This document shows positions 25,909 through 38,009 of a stretch of 64,000 nucleotides of DNA, piece after piece (the first letter of the stretch is position 1; every line of letters begins with the position of its first letter). This DNA is from Octopus sinensis (Eukaryota): assembly GCF_006345805.1 (NCBI RefSeq), contig NC_043013.1, positions 9,238,001 through 9,302,000 of the forward strand. The letters run 5' to 3'. Below the pieces are notes generated by a model that had not been told where the DNA came from, ran no database searches, and saw nothing but the letters and a program-made list of their open reading frames with translations. The translations under genes and the position numbers were made by a program.

Positions 25909-26144
25909 CTGTCGTGGTGAGAGTCACTGACACCCCTCACAGATTGGGAGAATGGACTAGCTGAACTCTTATAAAGAGTAGTGTTTGGTAGTAGTCACAA
26001 AGAGCATTTTGGAAGTCTCGCAAAATATGTCACAAGACTTCCAAAATACTCTCTCTCAACTACTACTGACTTCTACTCATTATATAAGGTTGGTGAGTCT
26101 ATTCTCCAATTCGCCAGGGGTGTCAGTGACTCTCACCACAACAG
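25909..26144. mobile_element. Fold-back MITE, almost entirely palindromic
   Basis: ctgtcgtggtgagagtcactgacacccct... mirrors ...aggggtgtcagtgactctcaccacaacag. Pairing continues inward to a loop near 26012-26030. TA at the ends. Confidence 0.8.
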
Positions 26145-27597
26145 TAACCCACATCTATAAACAATACAAAAATACATTGATGATATACAAAGAAACTTAA
26201 CTTGAATCACTTCCATCAAGAAACTACATTACAGTCTACAAAATTCAACAACACCACAACTGACCACATAGATACCATGGTACATACCTTCATTAAAATA
26301 ATTGGTGACTCTGCCAAAGAAAAGATACCCCATGTGGGATGTGTTCTTTAAAAGGTTCTACAGTTATTTTGAAAGCATTACTTATGCCAGTTCCATGTTT
26401 TATGCTGATGCCACATTAAAAGCTCCCAACTCATACTGTAAAGTGGTTGATGTTAGGAATGGTGTTCAGCTCTCTGGCTTGCCAGCTCTGGTCAAACTGT
26501 CCAACCCATGCCAGCATGGAAAAATAGATGCTAAAGGATACTCTCTCTCTCTTTTACTCTTTTACCTGTTTCAGTCATTTGACTGCGACCATGCTGGAGC
26601 ACCGCCTTTAATCGAACAACTCGACCCTGGGACTTATTCTTTTGTAAGCCCAGTACTTACTCTATCGGTCCCTTTTGTCGAACCGCTAAGTAACGGGGAC
26701 ATAAACACACCAGCATTGGTTGTCAAGCTATCTAGGGGGACAAACACAGACAAACACAGGGGGGGGTGATAATAGTATTAGTAATGGTTTCAAATTTTGG
26801 CACAAGGCCAGTAATTTTAGGGAGTTATGGATAGTTGCATGAATGTGTATATTTTATGATTTAACTTTGCATATTTTAAAAATAATTAAGAATTGAAGTT
26901 AAACTTTAACATTTCATATATATTTGAGAAGATGAATAAAATTTGTGGATTAGTTTATCATTAGTTACGTTCATGCGGTATCTTGCAACAAGCAAATCAA
27001 TGGTGGCACGTGAAAAAACATTCAAGCGAGGTCATTACCAGTGCCGCTGGACTGGCTCCTGTACAGGTGGCACATACAAAACACCATTTGAGTGTGGCTG
27101 TTGCCAGTACCACCTGACTGGCCTTCGTGCCGGTGGCATGTAAAAGCACCCACTACATTCTTGGAGTGGTTGACGTTAGGAAGGGCATCCAGCTGTAGAA
27201 ACTCTGTCATATCAGATTGGAGCCTGGTGCGGCCATCTGGTTCGCCAGACCTCAATCAAATCGTCCAACCCGTGCTGGCATGGAAAGCAGACGTTATACG
27301 ATGACGCCACCGCCGCCGGAATGCTTCCCAAGCATTTGAACTTACAACCTCTAACCACTGAGCCATGCACCTTCACTTGTAGCAATGTAAGTGGTCCATA
27401 AGGACATATTTTGAAACGGTATTACTGATAGGAAATGTGTGACGTGGACACCAAACTTTAATATCGTTTACAGAAATTGCAAAAAGCCGTGCAATGTAAA
27501 ACTGACAAGACAGAAAAATAAGTAGATAAATGAAAGAAAATAAATAAGTATTTAAAAAAAATATAATTTAAAATGGTACAAATTTATCAATACTTAC

Positions 27598-27630
27598 CTT
27601 GATTCTGTTGCAGTTGACTGGTTTTCTTCC
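27598..27630 (-). other. Candidate 33-nt antisense micro-exon inside the glutaredoxin intron
   Basis: Minus strand tctttgttttcattag|GGAAGAAAACCAGTCAACTGCAACAGAATCAAG|gtaagt. Near-consensus splice sites, open in all three phases, GC-richer than its very AT-rich flanks. Confidence 0.35.
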
Positions 27631-27928
27631 CTAATGAAAACAAAGATTTTAATGTATCATTGATAAATTGATAAGTAGTAATTTTTTTTTTTTAAGTTAT
27701 CAAAATATAAGGTCATCACTTCATAAAATTTGAAATTTAAAAAAAACAAATTATACATATGTGTGTGTGTGTGTGTGTGCTCAGGTGGAAAAAGGGTGGG
27801 AGAATATGAACTTGTTTTATGAACATACTTACAAGCATATTCAAACTAGATTCTCTTTCTGTCTCTGTTTCTCTGTCAATCTATCTCTTTCTCTGTATTA
27901 CTCTGTCTATTTATCTTTTTCTCTCCCT

Positions 27929-27968
<40 letters not shown>

Positions 27969-28346
27969 TACATATCCGTGTCCCATGTTTATCTTAGTAA
28001 ATCAAAAGTTTTCTAACATTAAACACCTTTCAAGAACTATTTTTAGTACTCAAATTTTATTTTAAATATGTCATATTAAACATAACTAATCTATATTGTT
28101 CTCATTCACAAATTTATACAAGTGGATACACTCTAATCACAATAGCTGCATATCTGCACCTTTGTTTCATAATTGTTGAATGTTTTCTCTTATCATCTTG
28201 TAACCTTTATATTGTTATTCCATCATCATCATCATTTAACATCCGTTGTCCATGCTGGCATGGGTTGGACGGTTTGACTGGAGTTGGTAAGCTGGAGAGC
28301 TGCACCAGGCTTCAGCCTGATTTGGCATGGCTTGTATTCTTTACTC

Positions 28347-28377
<31 letters not shown>

Positions 28378-28867
28378 GAAGACGCATGACTCATTGGTTA
28401 GAAAATCAAGCTTACGATCGTGAGGTTGTGAGCTTGAATCCCGGACCGGGCTGTGCCTTGTGTTCTTGAGCAAGACACTTTGTTTCATGTTGCTCCAGTT
28501 CACTCAGCTGTAGAAATGAGTTGCGACATCACAGGTGCCAAGCTGTATCAGCCTTTGCCTTTCCCTTGGATAACACTGGTGGCATGGAGAGGGGAGGCCG
28601 GTATGCCTGGGCGACTGCTAGTCTTCCATAAAACAACCTTACCTGGACTTGTGCCTGGGGGGTAACTTTCTAGGTGCAATTCCATGGTCAGTGTCATGAC
28701 CGAAGGGGGTCTCAGTAATATACATACACACACACATGTCATTATCATCATTGATTGTTTATGTTCCACACGTTCATACTTACCAACTTACCTACCGCTT
28801 CCCCCCTCCCTCCCTCCCTCCCTACCTACCTACTTACATACAAAGTTCTCGACTTTGGGAAAAGAAA

Positions 28868-29030
28868 ATACGAAAGGATCAGTTAATTTATGATTTCGTT
28901 CAACGTATTCCCCCCTCAGATTCACACACTTATTGCAGTGGTCCTTCAGTTTTTCTAAGCCCTGTAAAAGAACTAGGAAGATTGGGCCTCCAATCAGGCC
29001 TTTTGTGATACCCTTAAAGCCAAGAACTTA
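28868..29030 (-). mobile_element. mariner transposase 3' remnant
   Basis: Frame-disrupted translation approximating GLEKLKDHCNKCVNLRGEYVE, the conserved mariner C-terminus. Confidence 0.6.
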
Positions 29031-29362
29031 TCAGCACCCCATCGTGTTTGTACCATCAGTACACTCTTGCTTAAGTTTTCTGTTTTAAGTCATATTTCAG
29101 TTTTTTTCATTGTTATGAAAGATAGCTGTATTGTTGATTAATCACTGTCAAAACTTAGGTTAAACATGTTCTTATCAAAAAAGTATAAATTAAACTTTAG
29201 TTTTTAAATATTGGCTACCTAGAGCACACATCTATTGGCAGAAGTGGCCGTGTAGTAAGTATATTGCTTACCAACCGTATGGTTCTGGGTTCAGTCCCAC
29301 TGCGTGGCACCTTGGGCATGTGTCTTCTACTATAGCCTTGGGCTGACCAAAGCCTTGTGAGT

Positions 29363-29399
<37 letters not shown>

Positions 29400-31777
29400 C
29401 ATGCATGTGTATGTATGTGTGTTAGTGTTTGTCTTCCCAACATCACTTGACAACCAATGCTGGTGTGTTTATGTCCCTACAACTTAGCAGTTCAGTAAAA
29501 GAGACTGACAGAATAAGTACTAAGCTTACAAAGAATAAGTCCTGGGGTTGATTTGCTCGACTAAAGGTGGTGCTCCAGCATGGCCGCAGTCAAATGACTG
29601 AAACAAGTAAAAGAATAACAGAATTGCCTTGGCAGAATTCAATGATAACATCAAGCTATAAAGAATGAGGTAATTGAGTGTGGCTGGTTGGACATTCAGT
29701 GGAGGTGCATGGCTTAGTGGTTAGGGTGTTGGACTCATGATCATAAGTTTGTGGTTGTGATCCTGGGTCAGACGACGTGTTGTGTTTTTTAGCAAAACAC
29801 TTCATTTCACGTTTCTCCAGTCAACTCAGCTGAGATGAGTAATCTTACAATGGACTGGGGAATATATGTGCCATTGGGGAATATGTGCACCACAGAAACT
29901 GGGAAACCAGGAAACTGGCCCTATGCATCTATATGACTCAGGAAGGATCAACTGGACATTCAACTTCGGCAAGCAGCACATTTTGGCCCTGGAGGTAAAC
30001 ACATTCGCACATGCACAAATCATTCATCATTGTTCGACCGTGGTTGAGACAATGGAATTTACCATGCTACGCCAGACTTCACAGTCCATCATGGCATTAC
30101 GGAGGTCCTGTTGCTGGATGCCTGTATCCCTGGAGATTACATTGTGACATGCACAAAACTATACTCGTAGAGAGGGAGAACAAGAGATAGTGAGAGCAAG
30201 CGAGATATTACATATACATACAAGCATTCACATTACACATACATACAAACATAGCTAGATGCTTACTAACATAGACTGAGAGAGAGAGAGAGAGAGATGG
30301 GAGGTGAGGGAGAACTAGTAACTAGTCTAATGTCCACATCCAATTAACAAAGCCAGATGTTTGGCGCCAAAACAGATATACCACAACATCTCAAACCTAG
30401 CTGCTAAAACTCCCAGTGAACAATGTCATTACTCGTTGTAATATTCCATTACAGCAATTGATAAAATCATATACAATTCTTTCAAAGAAAAATTATTCAA
30501 ACAGTTGTGCACTCAATCAGTTATGTTTGCTGAAATTAATGCGACTTCTCTATGAAACCAAATTATTTCAATAAGAATACTTTGTCATTGTGTTTGCTAA
30601 TATTTCCTACATTTCATAAGGCAGCGAGCTGGCAGAAACGTTAGCACGCCTGGTGGAATGCCTAGTGGTATTTCCTCTGTCACTATGTTGAGTTCAAATT
30701 CCGCCGAGGTCAACTTTACCTTTCATCCTTTCGGGGTCGATAAATTAAGTACCAGTTACGCACTGGAGTCGATGTAATTGACTTAATACCTATGTCTGTC
30801 CTTGTTTGTCCCCTCTATGTTTAGCCCCTTGTGGGTAATAAAGAAATAGGTATTTCCTCTGTCACTATGTTCTGAGTTCCAATTCTGCCTAGGTCAACTT
30901 TGCCTTTCATCCTTTCGGGGTCAATTAAATAAGTACCAGTTACACACTGGGGTCGATATAATCCGTTTGTCTGTCCTTGCTTGTCCCCTCTGTGTGTAGC
31001 CCTTTGTGGGCAGTAAAGAAATAAGAAACATTAGCATGCCGGGAAAAATGCTAAGCAGTATTTCATCTGTCTTTACGTACTTATTCTATTGGTCTCTTTT
31101 GCCGAACTGCTAAGTTACAGAGACATAAACACACCAGCATTGGTTGTCAAGTGATGTTTGGGGGGGGGGGAGCACACACACATATATACGATGGGCTTCT
31201 TTCAGTTTCCATCTACCAAATCTACTCACAAGGCTTTGGTCGGCCTGAGGCTATAGTAGAAGACACTTTCCCAAAGTGCCACACTGTGGGACTGAACCTG
31301 GAACCATGTGGTTGTTAAGCAAGCTACTTACCACACAGCCACTCCTGCACCTATGGGGACACGCCGGCCATGTAGAGTCGATCATGCATGGAGTCATGTG
31401 GGGTTACTTGTTGGCAGAATGAAGCAATGAGAAGATCCCTTCAAGACGGCCACCTCTTCTGATCAGTGACAACCCTACTAAATTTTTTTTATTTTGGGGA
31501 TATATCGAAGAAGATCTTACTGCATTTTATATTTCTTCTGGCAGGGAACAACTTTGTTTGGAATTCAAATCTCATAGGACATAATTTTGCTCTCAAATGT
31601 TTGTCTTCCCATCCTATCAGCCCTGATTGTATAGAGCAGATCTACAATTAAGGGTATTGTCTCCCTTTTTTTTTTCAGAAATAGTGTTGTCTGTGGCTAC
31701 ATTACCTAATGTACCCTTTATTTGTGAGCTGTATCAATTTTCTGAACTTACTTATTAACACTCTATACTTCCTTTAA

Positions 31778-32566
31778 CCATTTAGCATAAAATCAGTCAT
31801 ATCCAGCTCAAATATTCTATTTGTTTTATGTTAAAACTGGCCAGATCTGGCCTTTCACACTTAACCTACAGTATCTTTCTAAAAATATATACAATCACAT
31901 CATTGAAATTTCGAAACTATGAGATAATGCATGATTAACATAAATCCTCGAGTATAATTATTCAGATGCATTTTGTGATTTCGGGCGTGAAAATACCTTA
32001 AGCTAAGCCTGAAAGCAATGAAGTCATAAAAGAATCATCCATAACTTGCAGTAAGCAACATTTATTAAACGTTATTACTGTTATTTCTTTATTTTCTGCA
32101 AACAAAATGCACAAAAAAGCTACATGTTTGCATTATGTTATATGTACAATAATAATAAAGGACGTTACCGTATACATTTTTACAAACCAAGGACGTTATA
32201 TAGACCTCCTTGACTCATGTTAGAGAAGGGATGCGTATTATACACAAGGTTTAAGTTTTTCAGAGGTACAGCGCCCTAAAAATCCCCTGCGAATACACGT
32301 TTGCATTATGTTATATATACAATAATAATAAAGGACGTTACCGTATACATTTTTACAAACTAAGGACGTTATATAGACCTCTTTGACTCAAGTTAGAGAA
32401 AGGGTGCATATTATACACAAGGTCTAGGTTTTTCAGAGGTACAGTCCCTTAAAAATCCCCTGCGTACTATTCTCAAGGGCGGACTATACTCGAGGATCTA
32501 CGGTAATTAAAGGCAATGTGAAGAAATAAGCATTGCATTTGACAGGGTAATCTGAACGCTAAATGG
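31778..32566. mobile_element. piggyBac-type MITE interrupted by a pogo/Tc2-like MITE
   Basis: TTAA|CCATTTAGC...GCTAAATGG|TTAA. An uninterrupted relative lies at 48244-48463. Confidence 0.85.
31938..32503. mobile_element. pogo/Tc2-like MITE with internal 173-bp tandem duplication
   Basis: TIRs acataaatcctcgagtata / tatactcgaggatctacgg with TA TSD (31936-31937, 32504-32505). Duplicated unit at about 32119-32291 and 32292-32464. Confidence 0.8.
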
Positions 32567-32670
32567 TTAACTTATTTATGGATACTGAATTTTGTTCTTT
32601 TGTTAATATTAACCTATCAATTAATGATGAATAATTTTATTTACTTTCATTTTTAAAATTTCTTTTCCAG

Positions 32671-32769
32671 GTGCCAAGAGTATTTATAAATGGAGTGTGC
32701 ATCGGCGGAGGAGACGAAACGGTACGCTTAAATTGTGCTGGTGATTTAAGAAGGCAGTTGGAAATGTGA
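32671..32769 (+). CDS. GLRX: Glutaredoxin, coding exon 2 (terminal)
   Basis: Acceptor tttcttttccag|GTG. In phase 0 it reads VPRVFINGVCIGGGDETVRLNCAGDLRRQLEM*, which completes the T|VP cis-Pro motif and the GG motif of the glutaredoxin fold. Joined protein is 106 aa. Not present in the ORF track. Confidence 0.93.
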   Translation: MPRVFINGVCIGGGDETVRLNCAGDLRRQLEM

Positions 32770-32938
32770 ATCCTACTCTCTGTCTTGCAGCAGTTGTTCT
32801 CGCAACAACTGCACATTGTGCATATATTCATTGAACAGTTCTTGAAATGGTATCAACATTAGTGAAAGTTTTTTCTTTCTTTTTCTATCATGGTATGCAT
32901 TTTTGAATAATATTTCTTTTGCCACCATTCAAATGGTC

Positions 32939-32944
32939 AATAAA
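32939..32944 (+). terminator. Probable polyadenylation signal of the glutaredoxin gene
   Basis: AATAAA 170 nt after the stop codon. AATAAA is common in AT-rich DNA, so support is moderate. Confidence 0.45.
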
Positions 32945-33080
32945 CAAAAGAAATGAAAACCAAATACCATTGTGTTGGATGCTGGGAAGTTTATACGTAA
33001 CATTTGTCCCCCCCACCCTTTTTTTTCTTCTGGTGAAGGAGTTTTGTATCATATATCTATATCTATATCTTTCTATCTAT

Positions 33081-33117
<37 letters not shown>

Positions 33118-33428
33118 ATTTTGATAATGACGGTTCATTTATTTATGAATGAACTTTATTGTGTTAATATTATGATGTTTCCCCACTTTTTCTTAACACA
33201 ATCCCTAAATTTGAAATAACCATTTCCTGATATATATCTACATATATATATATATATATATATTTTCCTTCTTACTTTCTCATAAAGAAAATATTAACTA
33301 AATCAGAAATGTTTACCTGAGAGATTTTCTCTTAACTATACACTCTCACCTTACCTCTATGCTATTCTTGTATTCTGTTTCCATATTTTTTACTGTATTT
33401 CTATCCACCCCCACCCTTGGCTTTCTTT

Positions 33429-33484
<56 letters not shown>

Positions 33485-34297
33485 TTTCTCTGACATATTC
33501 ATTGACTGTTTTGTATTTTTTTATATTTAATATCATGAAATTTTTCATTATACTCACAATCCAGATCAAATATATCTAAACATTTACTGAAAATAATAAT
33601 TTTTATTATCAGTTTATTTTAAAATTAAAGATGTTTATTAGTTTAATTTTTTTTTTCAAATAACCTACAGTCAAATTTTTGCAAAATTATTTTACTTTAG
33701 AAATTTAAATAGTGAAAAAACAAAACAAAACAAAAAATAAGAAGAAAAAAAAGAAACAGAATCCTTTCTCAAACTCTTACTATATCTTTCCTTCTCATTA
33801 CCTCTTCCTTCCTCTAAAATAAAATTAACATATATAAAAATATCAAAAATGTTGATTAGTTAGTCACAGGTGTTTAAAGTAAAATTTAATTTGATTACAA
33901 AGTGAGTTACAACTTGTAAACTTTTCAATGTTCTTCTACATTTCATTAAACTTTCTAAGAGACAAATTTGTGAATGTTTCATAGTAACTACAAGTTTATA
34001 CAGAAAATATATTTAAGTAGATTTGGATAGAAGTGGGATGAGATGATATGGTGCAGCTGTATGGATGCTGATGGTTTGGCACAGCTGACTGGACAATCAG
34101 GCTGTCTTGGCAATGGTAACTTTTGGCACTGGAAGCAAACACATGCACACACACACACACACATGCACACACATACACACACACACAGATGCATGCATGC
34201 ACAAATATATACGCATACAGATAGAAAGAGTGAAAGCAAACGACACAGAGAGGGAGGGACATTACAGTTTATCAGTTGAAAATGATCGGTACATTTC

Positions 34298-34514
34298 CAT
34301 CTCTTCAGACACATAAAAAAGAAATATACTCACACATCTCTTCAGACACATAAAAAGAAATATACTCACACATCTCTTCAGACACATAAAAAGAAATATA
34401 CTCACACATCTCTTCAGACACATAAAAAGAAATATACTCACACATCTCTTCAGACACATAAAACGAAATATACTCACACATTTCTTCAGACACATAAAAA
34501 GAAATATGCTCACA
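34298..34514. repeat. 36-bp minisatellite, 6 copies
   Basis: Unit CATCTCTTCAGACACATAAAAAGAAATATACTCACA (first unit 37 bp), head to tail with no spacers. Confidence 0.95.
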
Positions 34515-35331
34515 CATAAACAAACAGAGTAAGAAAACATGGGGAAGGAGAAGAGAATGGGAGAAACATTGAAATATCTGATGTCAAATAATTCAGCAAT
34601 GCCAAATGGGCAGTGCCAAAATGGCTGTGCCATAACGTTCCAGAGTCTCAAGAAGGTTACAAATTTCATGTGACATATTTCATAAGTTTCTGTTACCATT
34701 TGTTGCCTTAAAAAAATATCCCTGTTATTTTGTTAATGAAACAAAGTTCTTCAATCTTATGAGTAATTTTCTTCTTTCTTTTTCTTTCTTTTTTGGTTGA
34801 TAGAAATTTAACTAATTGATATTTTCAAATAGCAATATTTCATGTAATTGTGGGTCATGGATTGAATTGGTGGAGCATTGGATTACATATATTGCAATGT
34901 TAAGTGAAGTCCTTTTACATTGTTAAGTTCAAAAATTCTTTAGAAGTTGGTAAGTTACAGAATAATGATTAAGTCAGTATGATTGATTGCTCCCTACTTC
35001 ACCCTAGCACTCATCCACTAAATTTGTGGCCTTGTGCCTATGTTAGAAATCCATATTCTTTGTAATTCCTTTTATCTTCATTAAAATTTCTTAAATGTCA
35101 GAATTTAGAAATAAAACAAAAAAGTAAAAAATAAAAGAGAAAGCAACAAAACAAAACAAAGGCAGTTAGATTTAGTAACACTCATAATTTATTTAAGAGG
35201 CAAAGTAACTGAGTGGATAAGCTAGCCATAGTGAATCATGAGTTATGAGTTCAATCTCTACTCAAGTGCACAACAAAAACAACTTAACTTATGTGCCTCC
35301 TTTTTCCCTATAAGAACTAGATCTTCAGAAG

Positions 35332-35435
35332 ATGTAGGGACCAGTTTTCAAAAGATGTAGGAGCCAGATATTCTGGCATGTAGGGACCAGATACTTTGGA
35401 AATGTAGGGACCAGATATGAGGATTTAGGGAACAG
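35332..35435. repeat. Degenerate 21-24-bp tandem repeat, 5 copies, core ATGTAGGGACCAG
   Basis: Cores start at 35332, 35355, 35378, 35402 and 35423. Confidence 0.8.
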
Positions 35436-36248
35436 TTCTTCTGAGGAAGTTGTTTTCAATCTGGGATGAAATGCATCTCTTAGTCATTTAATGATATGGA
35501 TTTGGAGTTAAACATTGGTATTACAAAACTTTCAAGAGACTCTAAAATATATTTGTCTTATTTTATTTAATCAATGGGAAAAAAAAATGAGTCTATATTT
35601 ATAATAGATTATTATTTATATCATATATTTATAACTAGATGATTGTTAGTTATTTTGAAAGTAATCTTATTTGGTTGTCATATAGTTATTAATCTAATCG
35701 TAAAATATCAAAAGGTCTATTTTTCACCCTTATTTGTGTGTGCAGGTTTTTTTTTTATATTGGAAAAAGGATATTTATATGTTAGTAACTCAAATGTTTT
35801 ACAATTTCAGACTTGCATTTCATGCATTTTTTAAATACTATATTTCAATTAGTCCCATCTCCAATTGTCAACATATGTCCTATTCAGACATTGCTTTCAA
35901 CCATATTTGAGCTGAAAGTCTTTACTTTAACGCAAGGTGTTAACTTTCTTAACTTCCCCACCCACCCACCCACCCATTCCACTCTACTAACCTACATTAC
36001 ACTGACATAATTACTAATAAGGTTGGAAAAAATTTGCATTAGAAATGGATAATATAAGTTCAAACTCAGGATGAGGAAATGTATGTATGTTGTATGTATG
36101 TATGTATATAATACAAATAAGAAAATGGAGAAACAATTTAGTTTGTTGATCAACTTTTGGATATTAGAATGTTGAATTATTTATTCATTTAACAAAATGA
36201 GAACCTTAATAGTATACATATATAGATCTTATAATTCAATATATATAT

Positions 36249-36281
<33 letters not shown>

Positions 36282-36312
36282 GTGTGTGTATATTGGCAGG
36301 GCTTACTGCTAG

Positions 36313-36350
<38 letters not shown>

Positions 36351-36457
36351 CATGTGTGTGTGTGTGTATATAATATGTATATATGCATATAATATATACA
36401 TACATACAGTATATCTTTGTTTCTATCTATCTATCTCTCTCTCTATCTATACATGCA

Positions 36458-36490
<33 letters not shown>

Positions 36491-37376
36491 TTATATATAT
36501 TTGTGTGTGTGTAAGAATAAGACAGTTAACATTATTGTGTGTTAGAACATCTGAAAGTCAGTGTAGCATTTTAAAATACAAAAGAGGTGGTTTATAATTG
36601 AGAAAATATTTATTATAATCACAATAATACATCCCTGAAATTTAGAGACGAAAACTTATTTGACTTTCAGTTCAGACAGCCATCTTAAATGACCCCACAA
36701 ACATAATATAAGCACACACACACACACACACACAGAGTTATAATCCGTATAATCTGTCGCATTTGTTAAATTTCTTTTGTATCTTTGTTTTGATACATCC
36801 CGAATATGTTTTGATAAGAACTTTTACCAAAATTTTTTTTAGTGGAATAATATGAACGAATAGGTCATTAAAAGAAAGCAAAAATATAAAAAAGGATCTT
36901 CTGCTTGAGACTAATCATGTTTTACATTTAAACATTATAAATAGGTGCCAAAGACATTATTCATGTTTGTTATTCTAAAACATTCTGGAATAAAGGATTA
37001 AGTTTTGTGTTTGTTCAAATATTTACAGAATTTCATGTTTAAAGATTTAAAAAAAAAAAAATATATGAATAAATAAAATATTTCTTAAAATGTTTATTCT
37101 ACAACTTTATTTTCACATTTTTACCGAAAAACAAAATATAAAAATGTAAATCTGTCTTGAAGTTGTTCAGTTAATTTCTTGCATTCCAATCTGCTGTAGA
37201 CAATTTTTGTTTATTTAATTTTTTTTAAAGAAAAACGTTTCACGGAATATGACGCATATGTCAACTTTTAACATTTCTTTCAAAGATGAATTTTCTTACT
37301 AAAACTACCCCATTTATTTTTCTGGTATTTAATCTCATGTTTGATTATTATTATGTCCCTGTAGCTAATAAAATAA

Positions 37377-37423
<47 letters not shown>

Positions 37424-37928
37424 AAAAATAGAATTTTTTTCAATTGTTTATTTATGATCTAGATTAAGCTGCCAATGTATTTTGTTACACATATACCACA
37501 CATACATTCATACATACACACATGTATACATACATATACAGACACACATACATGCAATATGCATGCATACACACACATACATTCAATCTCATGCATTCAC
37601 ACATACCTATGAAGATGATAATAATTACAACAAATTAATAATAATAATAGTAATTACAACAACAAATGTAATATTAATAATAATAATAATAATAATAATC
37701 CTTTCTACTACAGGCACAAAACCTGAAATTTTGAGGGAAGGTTAGGTTGATTACATCGACTTCAATGCTCAACTGATACTTTATTTCTTGACCCCCAAAA
37801 GGATGAAAGGTAAAGTCGACCACAGTGGAATTTGAACTCGGAATGTAGTGATGGATGAAATACCACTAAACATTTTGTCTGACATGCTAATGATTCTGCC
37901 AGCTTGCCGCCTTATTATTATTATCATC

Positions 37929-38009
<81 letters not shown>

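Noticed and set aside
32767-32830. Possible selenocysteine or read-through at the GLRX TGA
   Set aside because: The stop falls at the normal end of a Grx domain, not at a redox motif; the extension is not Grx-like and no SECIS was recognised.
34298-34514. 36-bp direct repeats of CRISPR-like length
   Set aside because: Units are contiguous with no unique spacers, there are no cas genes, and the context is eukaryotic.
34540-34680. Protein-like translation NIEISDVK*FSNAKWAVPKWLCHNVPESQEGYKFHVTYF
   Set aside because: Contains an internal stop, lacks splice sites, and no family was recognised; a pseudogene call would be unsupported.
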